Source: Amoebidium appalachense (Eukaryota > Protista > Ichthyosporea). From it: a stretch of 64,000 nucleotides of DNA. The notes below the pieces were generated by a model. The model had not been told where the DNA came from and did not search any database. It was given only the letters and a program-made list of their open reading frames with translations. How positions within the stretch are numbered: position 1 is the first letter of the stretch; each line of letters opens with the position of its first letter. Below are positions 22,152 through 36,650 of the stretch, one piece after another. The stretch lies in contig CAVNZM010000001.1 of assembly GCA_963693365.1 (NCBI GenBank), positions 15,867,840-15,931,839 of the forward strand, read 5' to 3'. Made by a program: the position numbers and the translations under genes.

Positions 22152-22458
22152 AAAAAAAAAAAAAAAAGGTGCACACAGATAACGAGCAAGACTCTCTCAC
22201 TTGCTCCTCCTGAAATCCCCTTTCTCTTTTTCTTGATGAAAAGCGTGGAAGCTTTTGATATTTGCTTACGTTCTGTTGTCTGTATCTGTTGTCATGCCGG
22301 ACTACACTGTGTTCTTTGTTGTGTTCTTGTACCCCGTGCTATGTTGTATCGCACACTAACCCCCAGCCCCATACCCTCTCATGCACGCACACCGAGGCTC
22401 CTGGGCGTACACACACGCGCACACGTACATATGCACACGCACTCACAGAGACACACAC

Positions 22459-22540
<82 letters not shown>

Positions 22541-24405
22541 ACACACACACAGCCCGGGGACTGCAAGAACATACGGCGGCGTGTGTACGATGCGCTCAAC
22601 GTGCTGATGGCCATGAACATCATCGCCAAGGAGAGGAAGGAGATCAAGTGGGTCGGCCTGCCCTCGACATTTGCACAGGAGTGCATGCACCTGCAGGTAT
22701 CATATCCCTCCCTCCCCCCCCCCCCCCCCCCCCCCCCCCAAGCAAAACAACACATACACACACAAACACACACGTCATCACACTCTTCCGTTCTCTCTCT
22801 CCTTTCCCTGGCTCTGCCTGTTGTGCTACACTCTTTATGTGTGGTTTGCTGCATTGTATTGTCCGTTATCAATGTGGACCTCGTACCCTATGGCGCATTT
22901 AAACGCCCTTCCTCACCTCATCTTCCCTTTGCGTCATACAGTTTCAAACCATCTCTGTGCGTCTAGTACATTAAAAGAAACAGATCGTGTGCTTCTTTTG
23001 TTGTTCAACTACTCATCCCGTAACCGTGCAGGAAGAAAAAAGGATGCGGGAGGAGAGGATACGCAAGAAGAGAGCCCACCTGTACGAGTTGATCATCCAG
23101 GTATACTCATACCCCCCCATTACTATCTCAGAATGTGCTGGTCAGAAGACGTAACAACTCATGGTGTTATCCCCAACACTATCTCACGTTATACACGTAT
23201 CCACAAGATTATCTTCAGGGTACACATTCACATAAAACTATTTCACTCTATGCATGTGCCGAAGACTCTCTCACAGTATAGACATCTGCAAACACAAATC
23301 CTCAAGACAATATCACTGTAAATGCGTATTTACAAGACTATTAAACGATACATGCATAACCAGAAGACTGTCTTACGATAACGCAGATCCTAAGACAAAA
23401 ACCCATGCATTGCTAACCATGTCGCAGTCTTGCTCCATTTTATATCATGTACCAAAGAAGTTACAATGGGGCTGTCCACACTGCGCCGATTGACTGGTTT
23501 CGGATTGACAATCCATCGGAGCTCCGATTGACAAGATTCGACCAGATTTGGATTTTCCGGGAATCCATCCGATCGGCGCGTCCAGACTGGGCCGCTGGAG
23601 CTTTTTCGGCCCTTTTTCGGATTAACTTTCCCGCCAAAATGCAGATGGGAACCAATCACATTAGGCCATGACGTATGTGAACTTTATAAGGTACAACCGC
23701 CAGGTGTCACAGTGGTTTCAAGCGCGTTCCCGAAGCGAACCATCACATATGTACCCGAGTTATTTGTGAACCTTCTTTCTTACTTACTCTATCAGCACAC
23801 AGCAGATAATAGGAGTTTAGGTGCTGAAACAGGCAGGAGAAAAATTACAAAATGCCCCAGTTGAGTGCGCATGCATTTTGTCTGGGTGCAGCGGCAACTG
23901 CAATATAGCTACCTTTACAATTCGTGTACACAAAAAACGAACTTTATATAACTACACGATATTTCATTGGCCAAAATTATAAAGAATGCAGCCAATCATC
24001 AATCCTTTTGCGGAATAGCTATCTAAGGTTAATTTTTCTAGGTTCGCAGGCTCCGATTGGCTCGGATTGACGTTCGGATTTAGCAGTTAATCCGAACGTC
24101 AATCCGGATCCAGATGGACACGCTTACTCCAAATTTGGATTCAGCATCCATCCGAGCGCTCATCCGAATCAGTGTGGACCCCGAATCGATTGGACTCCGA
24201 TCCAAATTAGGCAAATTTGGTCAATCCGGAGCGTCAATCGGCGCAGTGTGGACAGCCCCAATATCGACACTGCCACACATGATTTCAATAAGGATGCATG
24301 AAGAGTGTAAAGTGCCACCACACCCACCTCAACATGTCTGCACTCAACACCCAAAGCCAACCAAATCCACATGTCACATCTAGTCTCTCTTCCTTCGACA
24401 CCATC

Positions 24406-24438
<33 letters not shown>

Positions 24439-25178
24439 TAAAAATTTCCCATGCCCGCCATCCTTTTTCCTCTGATACACCCCCAACGATACCCATATGC
24501 TAGTTGCTAAATGTACTCATCCCTCTCTCGCTGGCCCGTTCTATCCCTTTCCCCCTTCCCTCCTCTTTCTCCGGCTCTCGCTCTGCACACGCACATTCAT
24601 CCGCACACACACGCACAGCAAGTTGCATTCAAAAACCTGACGGCGCGCAACATGAAAAACGAGGCCAAGAGCGGAGGCAGGCCGGAGGCCAGCAAGTGTG
24701 TGGAGCTACCGTACATCATTGTCAACACAAATGCAGACACACAGATCGACTGCGAGATGGCCGATGACGGGTATGTCTCTCTCTCTCTCTCTCTCTCTCC
24801 GTGCATTTCTCGATCTCTCGATCTCGATCTTGATCTTGATATCTCTTCGTCTCCCTCTCCCTTACACACAAATTTAACACACACACACTCACACTCACAC
24901 ACACTCACACACACTCACACACACTCACACACACTCACACTCCTCCTCCCCCCCCCCCCCCCCCCCCCCGACCCATCCCCCCCCCCCCCCCTCCCCCCCC
25001 CCCCCCCCCCCCCCACCGCTTCTTAAACACCACACAAACACACGCACACACATCACACCTCTCTCTCTCTGTCTGTTCCCCTCTCCCCCCACCCTCCTCC
25101 ATGTGCTTCGTATTCTGTACCCCATTCTAACGTCCCCTTCCCCCTCCCCCACCCCACACCCACCCTCCCAGCCCATCC

Positions 25179-25211
<33 letters not shown>

Positions 25212-25428
25212 TTCCCCCAACCACACGCACACAGGACGGAGTACTTTTTCGAGTTCAGCCAGCCGTTTGAGATCCACGATGAGATTGAGGTGCTTAAGCG
25301 CATGCACCTTGCCGACGGCCTGGACACCCCAAATCCCTCCCCTGAAAACGTGGCCCATGCTTGCACCCTAGTGCCCACCCAGATCGTTCCTCATATCCAC
25401 GGTTTGAAATCCCCTCCTTCGCCCCTCC

Positions 25429-25471
<43 letters not shown>

Positions 25472-26593
25472 ACCCTTTTTTTCCCCCTTCGCTTTGCCAG
25501 CACCTACACCTCTCCCTCCTCCCCGCCACCCCACCCCTTCCTCCCCCCCTTCTTTCGAAAGATGATACCTTGAGCTGAAAGTGGGCATCTATATGATAGA
25601 GATTATGGTGCTATTAAGAAATTGGCTCCCCTTAATTGAAAGTGACATCATCCTCGTGATTTCGCTATATATTTTTCCGTTTTAGCTGTTGTGTTTCAAA
25701 AATTCGTTAGGGGGCCGTGTACACCATCTTTTCGTATTCTACACTATAATGTTTGTGTTTTTACATGCTGGTGTGATGATACACAAAACTTCTGGTTGTA
25801 ATACACTCGGAATAGAGTTGGTAGGTCTGTAAGAAAGAGCACCTTCGGTCTGGCCATTTCCTTTTCGAGACCAACTTCTTTCACGATATTGTTGTAATAT
25901 GTGGACGTGAGGAGATTATGCCCCCGAGGCCACTTACTCACTCGCACACAAACAACCACGTACACGTGCACCCATGTAGCCTGGCATACATTAGAACGGA
26001 CCCTTATCCATTAATATTTTTTCCCCCTCTCTTCTTTACCCCCTCCCCTCCCCTCCCCCCCCCCCCCCCCCCCCCCCCCCTTCCCCCTTTTTCCCTTCCC
26101 CATCACCACCACCACCAAACACACATGCACTCACCGATTCCCAATGCCTCTTATTCACTCATCCACCCAACCACCCATCTATGCCCCATCTTGTCTCTTT
26201 TCCACAGAAATGGCACGCCGCGCCAACCGGCCACCTCCACCCCCCGAGCCCGTCGGCATGCCGCCACCTGGTCCCCCCCTGCAATGGCAACAGCAACACT
26301 TCCCCCCAGCCGGCTACCCACACCCCATGGCCCATCTCCAGGCACCCTACCCACACTACGCACCTCCACCCCCGCCCCCACTACAACACGCACAGCCGCT
26401 TGCCGCTATACCTCAGCAACCAGCAACAGGAAACACACAGCCGGCAAACGGGAAACAGGTTCAGGCACCCCCGGCAAATATGGCTGGTATGGCACCTGGG
26501 GCGTCGAAAACGTCGAGCGATGAGGAGAATGCGTATTGGAACCAGAACGCTATTTCGGGACAGCAACAGATGGAGACAGCGGAATCGACGTAG
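19474..26593 (+). CDS. TFDP: Transcription factor DP (E2F dimerisation partner), 9 exons
   Basis: Exons 19474-19499, 20413-20682, 21606-21723, 22028-22096, 22553-22696, 23032-23100, 24619-24770, 25235-25401, 26208-26593. Motifs: [50 protein letters not shown] (DEF box), [16 protein letters not shown] and [13 protein letters not shown]. The first two exons are less certain. Confidence 0.93.
22828..22905 (+). repeat. 5'-truncated copy of the intronic element (DP intron 5); more degenerate pieces at ~22290-22362 and ~25100-25131
   Basis: ctctttatgtgtggtttgctgcattgtattgtccgttatcaatgtggacctcgtaccctatggcgcatttaaacgccc. Confidence 0.7.
23468..24259. mobile_element. Non-autonomous TIR DNA transposon (MITE), PIF/Harbinger-like, in DP intron 6
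   Basis: Perfect 27-bp TIR GGGGCTGTCCACACTGCGCCGATTGAC / GTCAATCGGCGCAGTGTGGACAGCCCC, 3-bp AAT target duplication (23465-23467, 24260-24262), subterminal (c/g)gattgac repeats and no transposase ORF. Confidence 0.9.
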
Positions 26594-26596
26594 GTG

Positions 26597-26682
<86 letters not shown>

Positions 26683-28380
26683 AGGAGGGAGGAGGAGGGG
26701 GGGGGAGGGGATGTAGGTGTTTGTGTCGTGTGTGTGTGCGTGTGTTCGTGTGTCCGTGCACGCGCATGTGTCGTGTGGATGGATATGAATGTGCCACTGT
26801 GTGTCGTGCGTCAGTGTTCCAAGGTTGTGTGTGTCGTATACATATATGAGGCACACACACAGATGCACACATGTAATATATATAGTGGGTCAGCTTTGTG
26901 AGCCTGACACGGGAGCTCGGGTCATGGGACCTAGAAGGCGAGAGAAGATCTCTCATTTTTAGCGCTATGATGGGTGGTTGGATACTGTGATCACTTTAAG
27001 GCCACACTACTAGAGCGGTGGTATGCGTGGGTTTGTGAGCTTTCCTTTTGCTCTTCTTTTTGTTATTGGGGTTTGTTACTTCAGGTCTTTTACTTTGGTT
27101 TTGTCGTCTGTTTGTTTTTTGTGTATTTGTTCTTGTTTGTTTGTTGGTTTGCTTGTTTGCTTATTTGTTTGTTTTTGTGTGTGGTAGTGGTGGTGGTGGT
27201 GTGTGTGTGTGTGTGTGTTTTGGTTGGGGGAGGGGGGGGATGTGTGACATGTGTGACACTGTCCTTTTGGGTGTGGTTGAGTAGGAGGAAATGCCCTAGT
27301 TGTCTTGGATATATGAGGTAATCTTATCGATCATGCAATGCACAGATGTGCAATGTTGTTACTTACTGTATTCTGGCATTTCCTTAACTACCTGATTACG
27401 CATGGCATCTATATAGATAGCCTCACTTAGTACCTTTTACTGTATTACCGCCGTGGCGCACATTAAAATAGAGGCACATATATCGGCCTCCGGGGGCCCG
27501 TATGCTAGTCATACGTACAAGTGTGGCCCAGTGAAAAGTCTTAAATGTCGCATGCCAGCTGCATCCGTGAGCCCGCAATCGGACGTATCACATGAACACA
27601 GTATATATATTTGAATTTAATAAATTATTGAATTTCTCTGATTTTATATACATGCCACTATCACTCTCAGTGACGGTGTCACCGGGTAATTGAGATGTTT
27701 TCACATGTTCACTGCGTGACGGCCATGTGCATGTCCTCCTCTCCCCCCCCCCCCCCCCCCCCTCCCCCCCCCCCCCCCCCCCAGGGCCCCCTGGGCGGTC
27801 GGGCTGAGCGTGCACGTGGTAGTAACTATGCACACACATATGCCCACATCTGATGGAACACCATGCACGTGTGATATGCAGCTCATTGCAACCGTAAGCA
27901 ACAACAATTCCCCCCTCCCGAGCTCCAGGACCTCCCCCTCCCCCTCCCCCCCCCCCCCCCCCCCCCCCTCTCTCCCCTTCCCTCCCCCCCTGCCTCCCTT
28001 CCCCGCCGTAACACGCACCATCGACATGCATGGCAGGAAGGCTATAGGATGGACTGTCACAGGCAGGCCTGGACACGCTGCAAACATAAATGTACAGTAT
28101 ATGCGGCCAGACAGGCACTAATTGATCTCGATGAGCTTCAACCCGGGGCATGCACATTCAACTTGCATGTGCAGGCGGTCATGACGGTATACGTATAAAA
28201 TAAGTACCGTACAAGGTTGTCCGGCCGGGGGCGCCGCTAGCGCCATATGGTGTTGATTCCACGCACAGTGAGGGAAAGTTAAGCTAGGGGATGCATATAT
28301 ATGGAGACAGGGTGGGAACGACTATGATTCGGAAAACAGACCAAGAAATGGCCTGCCTCGATCCCCCCCCCTTCCCCCCC

Positions 28381-28422
<42 letters not shown>

Positions 28423-30312
28423 CCCCGCGGGGGTTCGCAATCGTGATCGCCCTCTCCGTGACTGCTCAACTTTTCTTCTTGTGACGTCTGCTTGCATTAC
28501 TGACTGAACCATGCATGCTCGTCTAGATCTCTGATCAAGAATATTCCCGGCACCCATGTTCTATTGCAACCGTACGCATACAGCAGTCACTGTGTCTGGC
28601 CGTGGGTTTCAGACAAGATGTAAACACACACACACACACACGACTTGAACGGACTCCGGATCCGGTATGTGGATAATATTATATATATGCACGTTGACTT
28701 GTGAACATTGAGGACCCGGCAGCAATGATAAGCTGTGCTTATGATGCGGATATTCTCATGCAAGCGTGGTGCTGGTGGTGGCACTGAAAGTCTGGCCCCA
28801 CAGATGTACTCGGCGCAACACTTGCAACATCACATGAGATCTTACCATTCGGAATCCAGAACCGTCAACCTCAACATCGTTGTGTGAATTATGACAAAAT
28901 CTTCACTCTGGAAAAACCAAACCAACTCTGGTGCAGTGCTCTTATGATGGAAGGTCGTTGAAGCGAAAGAAACTATGGAATTGTATTGTGCAGAAGGACT
29001 GATGTGAACGGAGCTGCACACATGCAAAGTCAGTCCTAACACCACACACGAGACCCCCACGTCCACTTCATGCATTTTCCGAGGTCAGCCGATCGGCCAG
29101 TGAAAGCCCACCCGTTCACGGCCAGACCTCTTTGACATTTTTTTCAGAAAAACGTTTTCATACGAACGCCTCTTTACTCGCCCCTTCTCATAATTATAGT
29201 GGCTTGCACAGTTTGGTCAAAGAACGGAAGAGTGGGTGACTCCAAGTTCAGGGGAGAAGATGCTCTTTTGAGCCTCCCCGTGATCACTCTTTGCCCAACG
29301 ATTGGCCGCTCTTGTTTACAACACCGTGCGACCGTTGTACAAAGTGAGCCCTCCTGCATACGTCATTTTGTGGCTTTCTGAGCCGAGATTGAACGTAAGC
29401 CTTCGCGTTGCGGGGTCGGGTGTAAGACTAAAGCATGTGGTTTATCCCAAAAATAGTAGGCCTCCGCGCCAAATTTGTGCTCCCACGCGCAGGGCGCTGG
29501 CTAACGCGATCTCGGCGCTGATTGGCCGAAAGGTGGTGTGGGATTTATGTCAGAGGATATATATGTCATTGTAATTATAAATACGGCCACAACATAAGAA
29601 TAAATAGAATATTTGGGATTTTCTATTTGGAGACATACAACGTCTTTAGTTTGGTATACTGTTATATTTCTCATTAGAAGAAAAGCGTTGAATGAAACAC
29701 GCAAGATACTCTTGCCTATTTTTAGGTCAGCTGACCTTTGCCCCTTTTCATTGGCTCCCGCAAACAATAGGGAGCCAGGCCGTATAAAAGGCCACCTCGC
29801 GGTCTGTTTTCGTCAGTAAATTGCTTGCGGCCCCTGCCGGCCAAGGTCTGTTACTCCGCGTTTGCAGAAAAAACCTTTTTATCCACATTTCTCGGAAATG
29901 AGGAGACGGGAAAAGGAGCAATAGTTATAAATAACGGTGCAGGACGTAGATTCCGGAGGAAAAGAAATAGGGTGGGCTCAGAGTGTACCACTACCTTCTT
30001 CTATGTGGCTGCGGGTTTCGATTATACGTATTTTGATGGGTTCACCTGTTAACTGAACGGTGGAAGTGGAGGAGGATGAGAGAATTTTTTCCCGTCAAAA
30101 GTTCAGCTTTCAATAAGTTTGCAAGCACCTCCTTAGAATTTGTTTTCTGCGTTTCACTGGGGATTGCTGAAAAGCGACTTAAATCATCCTGGCAAGGGAG
30201 TAAAAGGGAGGGAGTGGGAATGATTCCCCTTTTTTTACCACCCTTGGACCTCGACTTAAACGCACACAGGAATCGTCGCTGTTGTTCTCCGGCGGCGCAA
30301 TTTCGCTAACCG

Positions 30313-32045
30313 ATGTTTCTGCAGGCCACCATGATCAAGCAATTTCTGAACGCGCGCGTGGGCAGCGGCCTTCCCAAAGGCCTCAAGGTTGTTGCCCGGC
30401 GGTGGTATGCTCAGGCTGCAGCCCAGCCCCTGCACTCGCAGGAGAGCTTCCTTTCCGGCAGCAATGGGTGTGTGTCCGCCTTGCATGGTTTTTTCTTAAA
30501 CCCGGTTGGAGGAGGTGCTGTTTGGATGGGGGTTCCTGTGACCTGGTTTTTTTCTCCTAGTGGCTTGTGTGCTACGTAAACATGTTGTTTTAAGGAGGGG
30601 GGTTTGGGGGAAGGGAGGAGAGGGGGGAAGGGGATTTTAATTTGAGTACTGACTGTGCTTGTGGGTTGTGTGGCTACTTTGCACTGCTCAGATGGAAGGA
30701 ACAGATGGGGCATTATGCTGTTGGTTCATTATTGTAAGCGGGCTCATTATTGTAAGCAGACACCTGTTCCAATTGTATGCATATTGTCGGCTTATGCTAA
30801 GACTGGGCTGGGGCCTGCAGAATCTACGTCGAGGAGATGTACCGGGCCTGGAAGGCAGATGCTAAGTCTGTCCACAAGGTACTGTTTTGACGGTCAAACG
30901 TTTTGTTGGGATGCACATGTTATCTATCGGACACACAAGAAAAATACAGCGCTTGGCTTACACATAAGCACGCCTGTACCAAGACAACGTATTCAGTAGT
31001 AGAGGGTAGGCTTAAGCGGACAAACACGTACAAGCACCTTGTACGCCGGTCAACACACCTTTGCCTAACTGCAACAGCATTTTTATCCTGCCCCTGTCTC
31101 CCTCCCACCCCTTCCCCCCCTGCCCCTTGATCTCTTCTTTTTCCTTTCTTGAACACTGCCTTCTTGCTTACCAACATAGTGTCCGACTGCTCTTATTGGC
31201 GGTTTTCACTTGACGGATAAGCGTGCACACGCTGACACTCATGAAATGACCATGATCTTCAAAAATGATCCTCAAAATATAGATACACGCTGCCGTACAT
31301 GGCAGCATACACCCACATACACACATGGGAAAGAGACAGAATTACATATATTAGTGTGTGTAATGAATTACATATATTAGTGTGTGTAATGAAGGCTGTG
31401 AAAAAAGGGTAATGCATGTACCATAAACTTGCATGCAGTTATTATGTGCGGACGTAGAACACTTGCACGGAACTCTGGCTAACAAGACACACGTGCAGTC
31501 GTGGGATGTTTACTTTCGTAACTTGGATGCCGGAGTGGCGCCATTTGCGGCTTACATGCCGCCCCCAGGTAAAACCCAATATACCTAATAACAGCCTTTT
31601 GTTCATGTAGTGTAGTGTTGCGTGGGCAGAAACCGATCTTCAGGTTGCAGAAAAGAAAGTGCAAGGGGTCGCCAGAGCCACCTTGTATGACAAAGAGAAA
31701 GGGGAGAGGGGAGGGGAGGGGGGGGGGGGGATAATCAGTATAGATCACTCTGCGCTGTCTTTTTTGGTGTTGGATGGGACACATCTTTTTCTGTTTTCTT
31801 TGATGCTCATCTGCTTTTCTACTAGTCTGTTTGCAACAGGCGATCACAACAAACATGTGTTCAGGACCATGATTTTTTTTTTAAAAAAAAAAATTAATCA
31901 TAAAAACCGATGACAAGGAATAAAACATGCTCTGGTTATTCACAGACACGCACATCCGTTTTCATGTACCGTTTTGTGTAGTGAAAGCCAAAGCACCCTC
32001 CCCTTCCCCCTCCTCTCCAGCTCTCCTCTCCTCCTCACCTTAAGG

Positions 32046-32080
<35 letters not shown>

Positions 32081-32481
32081 CCATACATACACACATACAT
32101 CTCTCATATTTGTACCTCCTTACGCTCAGCAGTGTGTCCATTTTTCTTGATTAATCATCCTCCCCTCATCGATGAAAATATTTAGTTTCACCTGTTAACA
32201 CACAACCCACTATACCCCCCTACACCTCCTCTTATCCCTTTCAGGGCTGGTGAGCCCAGCACCCAGTGCGGCCATTGCGGCTGTTGGACAGAGTCTAGGG
32301 GGCCAGTACAGCGTCAAGGAGATTCAGGACCACCTGGCCGTGCAGGCGCTAGTGCGTGCCTACCAGGTGCGCGGCCACAATGTGGCAAACCTCGACCCCT
32401 TGGGCATGTACGACGCAGACCTGAGCGGGGAGACCCCTCTCGAGCTCATCTACACGTATGTAGTCCTGAGCTCTCCTTCGT

Positions 32482-32521
<40 letters not shown>

Positions 32522-32715
32522 CCACCACCACCACCACCACCTGCCTCTTCTCCCTGGGGACATCCCCCAAGCGTATCTATACCTTTATCATCCGAACCCC
32601 CTCTCTCCGTCCCTTCTTGTTTTCTCTCTGTTGTTATGCACACAAAGGTGGTCGGGCACAATACACGAGAATTTGAAGATATCCCGTCCCATCCGGCTAG
32701 GCCGTTTGCTTCGAG

Positions 32716-32756
<41 letters not shown>

Positions 32757-34367
32757 ACCCACACACACACACAACATTAAAAAAATTGGGTGTTTTTCTT
32801 CAAAATCCTCCAATATTATTAACTGTTAAAGGACACTTAAATATCCAATGGGCCCAGACACAGCACACACACATACACACCAAGCAGGGACACACACACC
32901 ACTACATACACACACTGCTCTGCATGTGTCCACTCATCCAAGACCGCACACACGATGCACACCAAATACTTATTACCCCCCCCCCCCCCCCCCCCCCCCC
33001 CCCCACCCCCCCCCCCCCCCCCCCCCCCCCCACCTCCCCTTGCAGCAACTATGGGTTCACTGAGGCGGACCTTGACCGCGAGTTCTACCTCGGCACCCCC
33101 GATAATACGGGCATTCTTGGCTCGGTATGTTTTGTATGTTGTTTACGTGTGTTTGTGGTGTGTGTACGTGCTTGTTTCACTTGTTTGTGGTGCGTGTGGT
33201 GTTGGTTCCTGTTTTGTGTGTATTGATTGTATTGATGTTTTTGGTGGCTGTATGTCTGCCTGCTCCCATGCTTGGGTGTGAATGCACATGTGCAATCCAT
33301 CTCTCCAGGATCTATTGATCAAGTGACTCATGGACTACCGAGCTCGTTCGTATAGGACGACTGGCACGAATCTTTTGTGTTTGTCGAAGTACACATTAAT
33401 TAGCTTCTTCATGTATTACTTTATATACAAAAAATGATCTGTGACTTTATGAATATTTAACTTTATATACATAAAATGATTTGTCATTAACGCTGTTATA
33501 CACGTATGTGCTAAAGAAGATAGAATTAGTGTCCTAACAGTTTGGTGTTTGTTTGTTTCAGGGGTTGACACACGGCAAGACCGTGCGCCTTCGTGATTTG
33601 ATTACGCAGTTGGAAAGCATCTACTGCAAGAACATCGGCTACGAGTACATGCACATCAACGACAAGGAGAAGTGTATGTCTCCCCTCTCCCCCCCTCCCC
33701 AACACGCACACACACACACACACCATACATTCCTCTCCCCTCCCCTCCCCTCCCCCGTTTAGGGAATGGGCTTTGCTTATTATGCATGCTCTGTGTGGGT
33801 TGCACTCCGCATTCCGTTGTCCGTTATGAATGTATACTTCGTGCTTCATGACACACATTACCCCCCCCCCTACCCCCCACTCCCCCACTCGGCCGCTGGC
33901 TGTGGTGCATAGTGTGCGCAGAGGGAGGGAGATGTGTGTGTGTTGTGTGTGTGTGTGTGTTGGGGGGGGGGGGGGGGGGGGGGGAGAGAGTAGTGTTAGT
34001 AGATAGATGGTTGAGCACATGTTCATGAGATAACCTAATTCGAAGGGGGGGGGGGGGGGTCTTGTAGTTAGGAAATGTGTTTAAACTATATAGGATGAAT
34101 GGCAATTCGTTTGAATATATATGTCTGCTTCCTTCTTTTGTGCCTTTAAACTAGGAAATGTGTTTAAGCTATGTAGGATGAATGGCAATTCGTTTGAATA
34201 TAGATGTCTGCTTCCTTCTTTGTGCCTTCAAACCCTGTGTCTAAATGCACATTTTTAACTGCAGGCAATTGGCTGCGAGAGCGCATCGAGAACCCCCAGT
34301 CATATTCTCTGGATGCCGTCGAGAAGAAGGTCATCCTCGCCCGTCTGTGCCAGGCTGACGGGTATAT

Positions 34368-34421
<54 letters not shown>

Positions 34422-34433
34422 AAAAAAAAAAGG

Positions 34434-34481
<48 letters not shown>

Positions 34482-34623
34482 CCCGACATCTGAAACAACA
34501 TATACACACAGGAGCCCCCCTCCCCCCCCCCCCCTCCAGGAAAATAAGAAAGAAAGAGAAGAGAAAAAGAAATGGCTCTACGTGATCATTAGGTGAACTT
34601 CTTCATCGAAATGTGTACACTGT

Positions 34624-34656
<33 letters not shown>

Positions 34657-34790
34657 CCCTTTCCTCAGCCTTTTCCATTCGATGCACTCATTCGACCGTA
34701 GGTGGTATAGCCTCTGCCGAGGTGTGGTGTTGTCTTTTTTGGTCACTTAATAATGTCCCTTCTCGTCTTCCCTCCTTCCTGCCACATCAT

Positions 34791-34854
<64 letters not shown>

Positions 34855-35323
34855 AGTTTTGAGCGCTTCTTGCAGACCAAGTGGAGCGCCGAGAAGCGCT
34901 TCGGTGTTGAGGGTTTGGAGGGTATGTTAGTTCCTTCTCCCCCCCCCCCCCCCCCCCCCCCCTCCCCTCCCCCCCGCCCCCGCGCCCCACAAAAGACAAT
35001 GGAAACACATCTGCGTGTAGGCACCTACTCACTCACTCACTCACTCACTCACACACCTACAGACACACACAAAGGGTTCACGTTTGCATACGTTGTGTTT
35101 CAGGCCTACATATTGCCGGCATTTAGCTTAGTTCACTATGACCGTTGTAAGGCTGTTTATTGGATTTGTTACAACGACATCGCAACTGCTCGTTGTCGGA
35201 GTACGCTTGCTGAAACGTGCATAACACCTAAAGACGGTTATACGCACATACACGCACACACACACACACACATGCATGTAAATACACCTTAGCACGCACG
35301 CACATTCTCTCTCACTCACTCAT

Positions 35324-35356
<33 letters not shown>

Positions 35357-35763
35357 TCTCTTTCTCTTCTCATTCATTCACTCTCACTCACTCATTCAAC
35401 CATTCCTCATACCTTCCCCTCCCCCCCCCCCCCCCCCCCCCCCACACCCACACACACACCCCACACACGCCACCCACACACACGTGCAGCCGCCATCCCT
35501 GCCCTCAAGTCCATTGTGGACCACGGCAGTGAGCAGGGTATTGAGACTGTGGTCTTCGGTATGCCCCACCGTGGCCGCCTGAACGTGCTGGGCAACGTCA
35601 TCAAGAAGCCCCTGGAGGTGTGTGTGTACATGTGTGCGCACACGTGTGTGTGTGTGTCTGTGTCTGTGTGTCTGTGTGTGTGTGTGTGTGTGTGTAGAGG
35701 TGGTCGTGGGTGGGGGAGTGGTTTGTGGTAGCAGATGTGCTTGGGGGCGGGTTAGTTGTTGTT

Positions 35764-35794
<31 letters not shown>

Positions 35795-36110
35795 GGGATG
35801 TGAGGGGTGGTGGTCTTTTGAGGGGGGGGAGGGAGACGTTCGTGAGAGGGGGGAAGAGGGAGGATGGTCTCAGCATGTGTATGGAAGAGGAGGGGGGGGG
35901 GTTCAAATGGAAATTCCCCCGGGGGAAGAGGGGGTGGCGGGGAGAGGAGTCAGAGATTTTGTCTTGCGTGATGTTGAATTTGTTTTCACCACACACAATC
36001 ACACGTCACCTTCGCATCTGACCCCACCACTACCACAGTTCCTGTTTAGTGAGTTCAACTCCGACCTCGCTCCTGCCGATGAGGGCAGGTACGTGCCCCG
36101 CTCCCCCCCC

Positions 36111-36148
<38 letters not shown>

Positions 36149-36610
36149 ACTACCACCACCACCATCGTCTCACACACACCACCACAACCGCAACCACTCC
36201 ATCTGCGGGTTCCTGTTCGTGTTCCACAGTTCCACTCTCTTCCGCTTTTTTATTTTTTGGAGCGTACCGTTAAGAGCTCGTATACCATGCCAAGATAGTG
36301 CAGTAGGTTCCTACAGAACGATCGACATGCTTATAAAGGCCCGGCTGTAGTGTGGGGGGTAGATGGAAATTTAAGGCGTGTGGTGTAAGGGAATCGTCCC
36401 TCTATTCTGTTTTTAGAGGGTTCTGATTGGTTGGTATATTCGTTTTTTTTAAGGTTTCTGATTGGTTGATATATTCAAAATTTTGATTGGTTGGTTTATT
36501 CGGTTTTGAGGTTTTGAGGTTTCTGATTGGTTTGTTCGTGCAGTGGTGACGTCAAGTACCATCTTGGTTCCTCCCACGATCGCATCACCCGAAGCGGCAA
36601 GAAGGTGACC

Positions 36611-36650
<40 letters not shown>

